Origin: an uncultured Acidobacteriota bacterium
GTDB lineage: Bacteria; Acidobacteriota; Polarisedimenticolia; J045
Assembly (NCBI GenBank): GCA_963702425.1
Contig: CAVPCQ010000040.1
Span: 64,001-128,000 of the forward strand
Reading direction: 5' to 3'
Length of the DNA stretch: 64,000 nucleotides
Shown here: piece by piece, positions 41,838-49,441 of the stretch
How the letters are laid out: each line of letters starts with the position of its first letter
How positions within the stretch are numbered: position 1 is the stretch's first letter
Made by a program: the position numbers and the translations under genes
Notes under the pieces: model-generated
Told to the model about the DNA's origin: nothing
What the model saw: only the letters and a program-made list of their open reading frames with translations
Database searches by the model: none

Positions 41838-43160
41838 ATGACGGAAGCGGCCCGTTCCATCATCGTCGACATCGCGCGCTGCACCGGCTGCGTGGCCTGC
41901 TCCAAGGCCTGCCCCACCAAGGCGATCCGCGTCCGCGACAACCTGGCCCAGGTGAACCACGAGCTGTGCATCGACTGCGGCGAGTGCGCCCGCGTCTGCC
42001 CGCACGAGGCCGCCCGCTCGGTGACGACCCCGCCGTCGGACCTGGGCAAGTTCAAGGTGACGGTCGCGATCCCCTCGATCACGCTCTACGCGCAGTTCGG
42101 CAAGGACGTCCACCCGGGCCAGGTGCTCAAGGCGCTCGAGCGGATCGGCTTCGACCGGGCCTACGACCTGTCCTGGATGTGTGAGCTGGTGGCCGGCGCG
42201 ACCGACGCCTTCCTGGCCGAGAGCCGCGGCCCCTGGCCCGCGATCTCGGTCACCTGCCCCGCGATCACGCGGATCGTCCAGCTGCGCTACCCCGACCTGC
42301 TCGATCACCTGGTCCCGGTCGAGTCGGCCCGCGAGCTGGCCGCCAAGATGCTGCGCCGCAAGCTGGCCGCAGAGCTGTCGGTCGAGCCGCACGAGATCGG
42401 CCTCTTCTTCATCACCCCCTGCGTCGCGATCATGCATTCGATCCTCAGCCCGGTCGGACTCGAGCAGTCGTACTTCGACGGCGCGATCTCGATCGCCGAG
42501 CTCTACGGCCCGCTGCTGCACGCGATCAAGGAGGCCCCGGAGGACGACATCCGGACGCACGAGGTCAGCCCGCAGGGGCTGCTCTGGGCGATGTCGGGCG
42601 GCGAGATCGCCGGGCTCCGGGCCTCGAGCACGCTCACGATCCGCGGGGTCGAGGACGTCCAGCACGTCTTCGACCGGATCGAGTCCGGGACGCTCCGCAG
42701 CGTCGACTTCATCGAGGCCTACATCTGCCCCGACGGCTGCATCTCGGGCGGCCTGACGGTCGAGGGTCGCTACCGCGCCGCGCGCACCATCCAGCACCTC
42801 TCGCGCCAGCTGGCGGGCCAGCGCCCGGTCAAGGAAGAGACGCTGCGGACCCTCCTGCGCCAGAACTTCTTCGACTTCGAAAAGGAGATCGAGGCCCGCC
42901 CGGTCCGGCCGCTGGCCTCGAGCCTGCGGGAGGCGATCGCCCTGCGCCACCAGCGCGACGCGCTGCTCGAGCGGTTGCCCGGCAAGAACTGCGCGGCCTG
43001 CGGCGCTCCCGACTGCGAGACCTTCGCCGAGGACATCCTGCGCGGTGAGTCGGTCGTGGGCGACTGCGTCTTCGTCCGCATCGAGCAGCTCGAGCGGGCC
43101 GTTCGAGAGCAGCCCGCTGCTCCGCTCACCACCTTACCGCCACGCGGTAGCTCAGCTTGA
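41838..43160 (+). CDS. Sensory-type [FeFe]-hydrogenase-like Fe-S protein with degenerate H-cluster motifs
   Basis: N-terminal 2x[4Fe-4S]; L1 ISVTCP, L2 TPCVAI, L3 EAYICPDGCISGG; C-terminal LPGKNCAACG.PDC...C Fe-S domain. Confidence 0.85.
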   Translation: MTEAARSIIVDIARCTGCVACSKACPTKAIRVRDNLAQVNHELCIDCGECARVCPHEAARSVTTPPSDLGKFKVTVAIPSITLYAQFGKDVHPGQVLKALERIGFDRAYDLSWMCELVAGATDAFLAESRGPWPAISVTCPAITRIVQLRYPDLLDHLVPVESARELAAKMLRRKLAAELSVEPHEIGLFFITPCVAIMHSILSPVGLEQSYFDGAISIAELYGPLLHAIKEAPEDDIRTHEVSPQGLLWAMSGGEIAGLRASSTLTIRGVEDVQHVFDRIESGTLRSVDFIEAYICPDGCISGGLTVEGRYRAARTIQHLSRQLAGQRPVKEETLRTLLRQNFFDFEKEIEARPVRPLASSLREAIALRHQRDALLERLPGKNCAACGAPDCETFAEDILRGESVVGDCVFVRIEQLERAVREQPAAPLTTLPPRGSSA

Positions 43161-43230
43161 CCTCCTGCCCCTTCGGCACCGGCACCTCGAACTCCAGCGT
43201 GCCGGCGTCGAGCTTCTTCCCGGGGAGGCT
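43125..43230. repeat. Left copy of a 106-bp direct repeat (duplicated 3' end of the DUF4139 gene)
   Basis: Matches 46185-46290 with one mismatch (43219 C versus 46279 T). Confidence 0.97.
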
Positions 43231-43367
43231 CGACCGAACCGCTCGTATTCCCAGCATGGCGACACTCCTCCGGCGCAGATTCGACCAGTTGCAGTGACGT
43301 GCTAGACTTGCGTGGTAAGCAATCTCCCTGCGAATATTGGTCGGAAGCAAGCCGGAGTGATCAGAGG

Positions 43368-44693
43368 ATGAGCGGCGCAATGTCAGGGAAGAGTAGTGGT
43401 TCGCGCCTCCGCCAACCCCGTTTGCGTGCGGCAGCGCCATCCGAAGCGCACGACGCGATGCCCTCGCTCCGCCGCGGCTTGTCGGCCTTTGGCCTCTTCG
43501 CTGGGATTGGCGGATTCGAACTCGGGTTGCAGCGGGCGGGACACCAAGCGGTGGGTTTCTGTGACATCGACGAGGGGGCGTGCGCGGTGCTGCGCGCTCG
43601 CTTTCCTGGCGATCCCATCCATTCAGATGTACGTGAGATTCGTCGCCTACCCGCAGACGTCGAGCTCCTAACCGCGGGATTCCCCTGCCAGGACCTCAGT
43701 CAGGCGGGTCGGACCACGGGAATCACCGGCAAGCAGTCAGGCCTCGTCGAGGAGGTCTTTCGCCTGTTGGCTGAAGGCCCGGTACCGTGGCTCCTCATCG
43801 AGAACGTCTCTTTCATGCTTCACCTCCAAGCCGGCCGCGCGCTCGCATTGGTTCTCGATAGCCTCGAGAGGCTCGGATACCGCTGGGCCTATCGCGTGGT
43901 GGACTCCCGAGCGTTTGGGCTGCCTCAGCGCAGGCAACGGGTGTTCATCCTCGCGTCCCTGGTCGGTGATCCACGCGACGTGCTCCTGTCCGACGATGCC
44001 GAGGAACCATCCGGCGGTCCGGATCCGATGACCGTCGCTTGTGGGTTCTATTGGACGGAGGGGGTCCGCGGGCTGGGCTGGGCCGTCGACGCCGTGCCTA
44101 CGCTCAAGGGCGGATCCACGATCGGAATCCCGTCTCCGCCAGCGATCCTCCTCCCCGATGGCCGCATCGTGACGCCCAACATTTTGGATGCGGAGCGGTT
44201 TCAAGGATTCCCAGCGGACTGGACCCTGCCCGCCGCAGCAGCCGCTCGCTCTTCTCATCGCTGGAAACTCGTCGGTAATGCCGTCACCGTCGACGTTGCC
44301 GAGTGGATTGGCATGCGGCTTCGGTCGCCGCGTCCTTACGAGGATTCCATGGACATGCCGCTGATTGCGGCGGCACGCTGGCCTCTCGCGGCCTGGGGCG
44401 ACCGCAGCGGGCGCTTCGCTGCATCCGTCTCCATGTGGCCTCAACGCGTCTCTGGCCCAGGATTGGAGTCGTACCTAGTACACGAGCCCGCCCCACTCTC
44501 AGTGAAAGCGACCTCGGGCTTCCTGTCACGAACCCGTCGAAGCACACTTCGCTTTCCGGACGGCTTCTTGACGCGAGTCGAGAATCACCTTCGGCGAATG
44601 GTCGCGATCTCGGAGTCTCGCCCAGTGTCCAACGATGCTCTGCCTTCCGAGGCTCTTTCTCGCCGCGCAGTCTCCAATGCTCGTCGTCGATGA
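43368..44693 (+). CDS. dcm: DNA (cytosine-5)-methyltransferase
   Basis: LFAGIGG (motif I), GFPCQD (IV), ENV (VI), QRRQRVF (VIII), RFQGFP (IX), GNAV (X). Start could be 43458. Confidence 0.95.
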   Translation: MSGAMSGKSSGSRLRQPRLRAAAPSEAHDAMPSLRRGLSAFGLFAGIGGFELGLQRAGHQAVGFCDIDEGACAVLRARFPGDPIHSDVREIRRLPADVELLTAGFPCQDLSQAGRTTGITGKQSGLVEEVFRLLAEGPVPWLLIENVSFMLHLQAGRALALVLDSLERLGYRWAYRVVDSRAFGLPQRRQRVFILASLVGDPRDVLLSDDAEEPSGGPDPMTVACGFYWTEGVRGLGWAVDAVPTLKGGSTIGIPSPPAILLPDGRIVTPNILDAERFQGFPADWTLPAAAAARSSHRWKLVGNAVTVDVAEWIGMRLRSPRPYEDSMDMPLIAAARWPLAAWGDRSGRFAASVSMWPQRVSGPGLESYLVHEPAPLSVKATSGFLSRTRRSTLRFPDGFLTRVENHLRRMVAISESRPVSNDALPSEALSRRAVSNARRR

Positions 44694-45084
44694 GGTTACC
44701 TCTCGACGACTAGGCTCCGTTCGGCAGCGCGGGACGACACCGGAGCTCGTCGTCCGACGCGTGGTCTCCGAACTCGGACATCGGTATCGGGTCGAGAATC
44801 GTGACCTTCCTGGCTCACCTGATCTTGCGAATCGGTCCCGCCGTTGGGCCATCTTCGTGCACGGGTGCTTCTGGCACGCTCATGCCGGATGCCACCGCGC
44901 TACGATCCCGCGCCGCAATGCGGATTTCTGGAGCAGGAAGTTTGCCGACAATCGCTCGAGAGACGCCCGAGTGCTCGGCCGGTTGACCGAAGCGGGGTTC
45001 CGCACACTGGTCGTATGGGAGTGCGAGCTAGTTCACCCGAAAGGCGTGCGCCGCAGAGTCGAGCGCTTCCTTGGGGATCGCTGA
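44677..45084 (+). CDS. vsr: Very-short-patch repair endonuclease
   Basis: TTPE..VRR, LPGSPD, IFVHGCFWH.H, N..FW..K..N..RD, VVWEC. Confidence 0.95.
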   Translation: MLVVDEVTSRRLGSVRQRGTTPELVVRRVVSELGHRYRVENRDLPGSPDLANRSRRWAIFVHGCFWHAHAGCHRATIPRRNADFWSRKFADNRSRDARVLGRLTEAGFRTLVVWECELVHPKGVRRRVERFLGDR

Positions 45085-45096
45085 GACTCGTGAGCT

Positions 45097-45993
45097 TCAG
45101 GGGTGGTGATCCCCCTCGTCACTCTCGGACAGCTCCGAGGGGGTCGGGTCGAGCTGCGGAACCGATGTGTCGCTCTCGTCCGCCCACTCGATGTAGCGCC
45201 GGTTCCGGATTCCGTAGATCTTGACGATCTCCCAAATGACCTGATCCAAGGATGCGAGCCCTCGCCTCGCCACCTCGTGAGAGTCGGGACGCCCTCGACG
45301 CGGCGGTCGCGCGAGCACGTCAAAATACGAGACCTCCCCCCGGCGCTCGCCCTCTGGTTCATAAAGGCCGATGTACATCGCCTCGAACTTCTGGGCCGGA
45401 TCCGAGGGCTCCTGCCGTCCAGATCGCGCACGAAACGTCATGACTGCATGTGCGAAGGAGGACTTGTCGGATTCGCCGTCATCGCAAGCCGTGATGGGCA
45501 GGAAGAACAGCGCAACCAAGACCGCATACGGATGGCGCTCATGGTGGTCCATCGCTTCGGCTCGCAACTCATGGTCGTTCCGCACCATGTTCTTCGTGTA
45601 GCGGCCGAGAACAACTGTGCCACCCTTCCTCGACATGTCCCGATAGTTGAGTGTCTTGATCGAAACGAGCAATTCGAGGCCCGTATCCCGCGATCCGAAT
45701 CGGACGTCGGTCTTCTTGAGCTTGCCGTGTGCGCCGCTACTCGCCTTCGACTCCTGACCCGTACCGTCAGCGCTCGGGAGAACGCCGGGGAACTGGCCAG
45801 TCTCCCGAAGCTTGTTGGCAATGAGGAGCGCAATGCTGCTCGACAGGCGTTGGGCGTAGTTCTTCTTCTCGTCGCGATCCGCAGTTTCGATCGGCCTTGG
45901 CTCGGCATGGTCCAAAGCGCTGAGGAAGGTCTTGATGGTGCCCGGCGAACCTCTCGTCGCGCCGCCGTTTCCTGACTTGGTCCCCTTCCCCAT
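45097..45993 (-). CDS. Putative type II restriction endonuclease (PD-(D/E)XK fold)
   Basis: KKTDV...LVSIKT...KN..R..ELRAEA.D.H...P pattern; convergent with dcm-vsr within the islet. Confidence 0.7.
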   Translation of the reverse strand: MGKGTKSGNGGATRGSPGTIKTFLSALDHAEPRPIETADRDEKKNYAQRLSSSIALLIANKLRETGQFPGVLPSADGTGQESKASSGAHGKLKKTDVRFGSRDTGLELLVSIKTLNYRDMSRKGGTVVLGRYTKNMVRNDHELRAEAMDHHERHPYAVLVALFFLPITACDDGESDKSSFAHAVMTFRARSGRQEPSDPAQKFEAMYIGLYEPEGERRGEVSYFDVLARPPRRGRPDSHEVARRGLASLDQVIWEIVKIYGIRNRRYIEWADESDTSVPQLDPTPSELSESDEGDHHP

Positions 45994-46184
45994 CGCTTCT
46001 CACTCCCCGCCGCTGGACGGCGAAAGGAACCGAGTCTGGGTCCCGTCATTCGGGAATGTCAACCGGCGGCTGCGTCGTGCCGCGGTCCGTCTTCCCGCGC
46101 TCGCATGCTGCACGTGGGCGACGATCGGTCCCGGGGTAGGACCGCTCGAAATCCGTTCCATTGCTGCAAGTTCCGGCGAATCGA

Positions 46185-46290
46185 CTCACCACCTTACCGC
46201 CACGCGGTAGCTCAGCTTGACCTCCTGCCCCTTCGGCACCGGCACCTCGAACTCCAGCGTGCCGGCGTCGAGCTTCTTTCCGGGGAGGCT
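46185..46290. repeat. Right copy of the 106-bp direct repeat (3' end of the intact DUF4139 gene)
   Basis: Matches 43125-43230. Confidence 0.97.
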
Positions 46291-47631
46291 GGAGGAGACC
46301 AGCGTCCAGTCGCCGCCGACCGGCTCGCGCACGGTGACCACGACGTCCTGCTCCTTGCGGTTCCGAATCGAGATCACGTAGGCCGACTCGTTCTGCCGCG
46401 GGCTGACGGCGCGATACTCGGTCTGGGTGCGATCGGCCACGACATCGAAGGCGTCGCCGACGTGGAGCTTGATCGTCTCGTCCTTCGGCGTGTGGTCGAT
46501 CGCGTCCTCGCCGACGAACTGCTCGGCGCCCGAGCGGTCCTGCTTGTAGACGCGGACGATCCCCTTGGGCAGCGGCATCCCGAGGCCGGCCTCCTTTGCG
46601 TTCCGGATCTCCAGCACGACGGCCACCTTCTGGTCCTGCGTCAGCGTGCCGCCCTGCTGGCTGCGGTACCACCAGGGCTGGCCGACGAGCAGCAGCTTCT
46701 TGACCACCGGGATCCCGGATCCCTGGAGCAGGCTGATCTGCTTGGTCTGGTTGTCCTTGATCGTGGTCGGTCGCTCGAGCGTGTAGAGGTGATACTCGAA
46801 GAACGACTCCTCCTGGAACTGCGGCGGCGCGGCGGCCATCACGACCTCCTTGCGCATCGCGTCCTGCATCGGCATCCCCTGCGGCAGCTGGCGCCGCACG
46901 TCGCCCGCGACCAGCTTGAGCGTCGCGTCCCTGAACCCCGCGCCGGAGCGGTTGTCGATCGTCACCCAGCCGGTCAGGTCGGCGGCCTTGTCGTCGGCGT
47001 CGACGACCGCGACGTAGTCGGCGGACCAGGTCATCCCGTCGGTCAGGTACGAGGCCTCGATCTCCTGCGGTCCCGCTTTCGCCGCGTTGACCGTCCAGAC
47101 CAGCGTCGGGCGCGAGACGAGGTCGGCCGGCACTTCGGGCAGCGTCACCTTCCCGGTCTGGTTGAGCACGATTCGGTCGCCGATCCGGTAGACCGGGGCA
47201 CCGTTGACGGAGAGCAGCGTCGCGGGGACGCTGCGCGTCGTCAGGTCCTCGGCCTGCTCGACGATCTCGACCGGCTTGCCGACGTACTTCTCCAGCAGCT
47301 TCTCGGGCGAGATCAGGTCGAACTCGTAGTTCTGCTCGAGCACGGTCAGGCCGCCGGGCGCGGTGAGCGATTTCAGGTGGACGGTCCGCGGGTTGATCGC
47401 CGAGGGGACGTCCATGAACCGCAGCGTCGCTGTCCCGGTCCGGGGGGCATCGAGCGTGCGGGTCTCGCGGACCAGCGCGAGGTTGACGTTGTAGACCGTC
47501 ACCGAGACACCGGTGCGATCGGCGGCGGTGCTGTCGGGGAGGGCCGGGAGCTCGGCCGCGGCGGCGCCGAGCGCGGCGGCGAAGGCGAGCGCGACGGAAA
47601 CGGAACTCAGCAGTTGGACGACGGGACGCAT
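46186..47631 (-). CDS. DUF4139 domain secreted protein
   Basis: Signal peptide; SVTVYN.NLALVRETR, LEQNYEFDL, YLTDGMTWSADY, FEYHLY, TIKDNQTKQ, GEDAIDHTP. Confidence 0.9.
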   Translation of the reverse strand: MRPVVQLLSSVSVALAFAAALGAAAAELPALPDSTAADRTGVSVTVYNVNLALVRETRTLDAPRTGTATLRFMDVPSAINPRTVHLKSLTAPGGLTVLEQNYEFDLISPEKLLEKYVGKPVEIVEQAEDLTTRSVPATLLSVNGAPVYRIGDRIVLNQTGKVTLPEVPADLVSRPTLVWTVNAAKAGPQEIEASYLTDGMTWSADYVAVVDADDKAADLTGWVTIDNRSGAGFRDATLKLVAGDVRRQLPQGMPMQDAMRKEVVMAAAPPQFQEESFFEYHLYTLERPTTIKDNQTKQISLLQGSGIPVVKKLLLVGQPWWYRSQQGGTLTQDQKVAVVLEIRNAKEAGLGMPLPKGIVRVYKQDRSGAEQFVGEDAIDHTPKDETIKLHVGDAFDVVADRTQTEYRAVSPRQNESAYVISIRNRKEQDVVVTVREPVGGDWTLVSSSLPGKKLDAGTLEFEVPVPKGQEVKLSYRVAVRW

Positions 47632-47811
47632 GAGGGCACCTCCGGGGCGGCGCCGTGTCGTGCCGCCCGCCGGGTCAGACCGGTCCGGGACCGGGAAGTT
47701 CCCGACCATGGTAGTCCGGTTGGACGGGGCGGCGGGACGGGCGGCCGGGGCCCTCTCCTCGGAGGCCCCCGCCGCCCTCAGGTCGGCGGCACGCTCAGGT
47801 CGCTTTCGCGC

Positions 47812-49250
47812 TCAGAACATGTTCCAGAGGAACTGGTTGGTCACCTCGTGGTGGAACTGCACCTCCCCCGCCTTGACGATCGTGCCGAGCAGCTTGGGGC
47901 TGCGCTCCGCCGCTGCCAGCTTGATCGCAGCGTACTTCTCGTGGACGTCCTCGCCCAGGAGCTCCGCCGCGTAGCGGCTGGCCTTGAACAGGCGGATCGC
48001 GTCGAGCGCGTTGTCCGGGAGAAAACGCGTGCGAGCGCGCTTGCTGTCGTCGCTGGCGTCGGGATCCGGGCCCTCGAGGCCGGTCCGGAAGAGCGCGTAG
48101 ATCGCCAAGTAGGGGTTGGCGTCGGGGGCGATCGAGCGGACCTCGATCCGCGCCGAGCGCTCGTTCCCGAGCGGGATCCGGACCATCGAGCCGCGGTCGA
48201 TGGCCGAGGCCTTGATCTGGTTCGGCGCCTCGAAGTGCGGGTCCAGCCGGCGGTAGGAGTTGACCGAGGAGTTGAGGATCAGGCAGAGGTCGTTGCCCGA
48301 CTTCAGGATCCGCTCGATGAACTCCCAGCCCAGCTTGGACAGCCCGTCCTGCCCCCCTTCGCGTAGAAGAGGTTCTTGCCGTCCTTGGTGATCGACATGT
48401 TGGTGTGCATGCCGTTGCCGTTGACGCCGGTCACCGGCTTGGGCAGGAACGACGCGGTGCAGTCCAGGCGCGCCGCCACCTGGCGGCACAGCAGCTTGTA
48501 GAGCTGCACCTGGTCGGCGGCGACGACCGCCTCGGTGTAACCGTAGTTCATCTCGAACTGCGAGGGGGCGACCTCGGGATGGTCCTTCTCGTTACCGAAC
48601 CCCATCGCGCGCTGCACTTCGGCCGCGGTGTCGATGAACTGGCGCAGCGTGTCGCCGGGCAGCGAGTGGTAGTAGCCGCCGGTCGAGATGAACTCGAACC
48701 CCCTGCCCTCGTGGTAGTGGCGCTCGGCGTCGCGGCCCTTGAACAGGAAGCCCTCGATCTCGTTCGCAACGTGGCAGGTGAAGCCCTTCCTGGCGTGGAG
48801 CGCCTCGGCGTAACGCTTGAGCTTGCTGCGCATGTCGGCGGCGTAGGGCGACCCGTCGCGCTCCCTGACCTCGCCGAAAACCAGCACCTTGCCCGGTCCG
48901 AAGACGTCGGCCGGCAGCCAGTAGAAGGCCGGCCAGTCGATCGCCAGGCGCAGGTCCGACTCCTGCTGCTGCGAGAAGCCCCGGATCGATGAGCCGTCGA
49001 AAGTCAGGTTGTCGGCCGCCTTGAGCAGGAACTTCTTGTCGTAGTCCAGCATGTGGAACCGGCCCTCGAGGTCGGTGAAGCAGACCGTGACGGCCTTGAT
49101 CCGCTTCTCGTCCGTGAGGTACTTCACCCGCTGTTCCTGGACCTTCTCGGCCGGCTTGCGGTCGAGCCGGACCTGCTTGGCCTCGAGGTTCATCTCCTCG
49201 AGCCTGTCGTACGGGATCTCCAGGAACTCGCGCAGGCCGGGGTACTCCAT
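47812..49250 (-). CDS. glnA: Glutamine synthetase (GlnA family); frameshift near 48355
   Basis: FDGSSIRGF, EIEGFLF, HPEVAPSQFE, FLPKPVTGVNGNGMHTN, NSYRRL.P.FEAP, RIEVRS..PDANPYL. Confidence 0.92.
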
Positions 49251-49289
49251 CAGGGGTCCTCCAGGAGCGGCCCCCTCGGGGCCGCGGCA

Positions 49290-49385
49290 GGGTAAGTTAT
49301 AGCGTATTTAGTATAAAAACACAAGAGGCTATTATAAAATACCACATTTTTATCATAACCCGATATTGCAAACGACTAAGTACGG
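49290..49385 (-). promoter_or_regulatory. Very AT-rich glnA promoter region
   Basis: Sharp AT island in a high-GC genome; TATAAT on the minus strand (complement of attata at 49331-49336). Confidence 0.55.
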
Positions 49386-49441
49386 TCAGCGCGGCCGGAG
49401 CCGGGCGGATGCCCCGGCGCCGGCGGACACCTCGGCGCCGG

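Larger units (their letters stand above)
43231..46184. mobile_element. Restriction-modification genomic islet (dcm-vsr-REase) with long target duplication
   Basis: Bracketed by the 106-bp direct repeats; visibly lower GC and different codon usage; no integrase or transposase. Confidence 0.85.

Noticed and set aside
43126-43440. 104-aa minus ORF ending in the DUF4139 C-terminus
   Set aside because: Product of the target duplication; the upstream part looks non-coding.
15616-49250. Frameshifts in GT9, the fibre protein, DUF4126, DUF5916, nfnAB and glnA as pseudogenes or programmed frameshifts
   Set aside because: Scattered single indels, mostly in short G/C runs, with intact motifs on both sides and no nonsense decay. 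Best explained as long-read errors.
49290-49385. Sigma-54 promoter or glnA riboswitch upstream of glnA
   Set aside because: No properly spaced GG-N10-GC element found by eye, and no recognisable RNA structure; an Rfam search would be needed.
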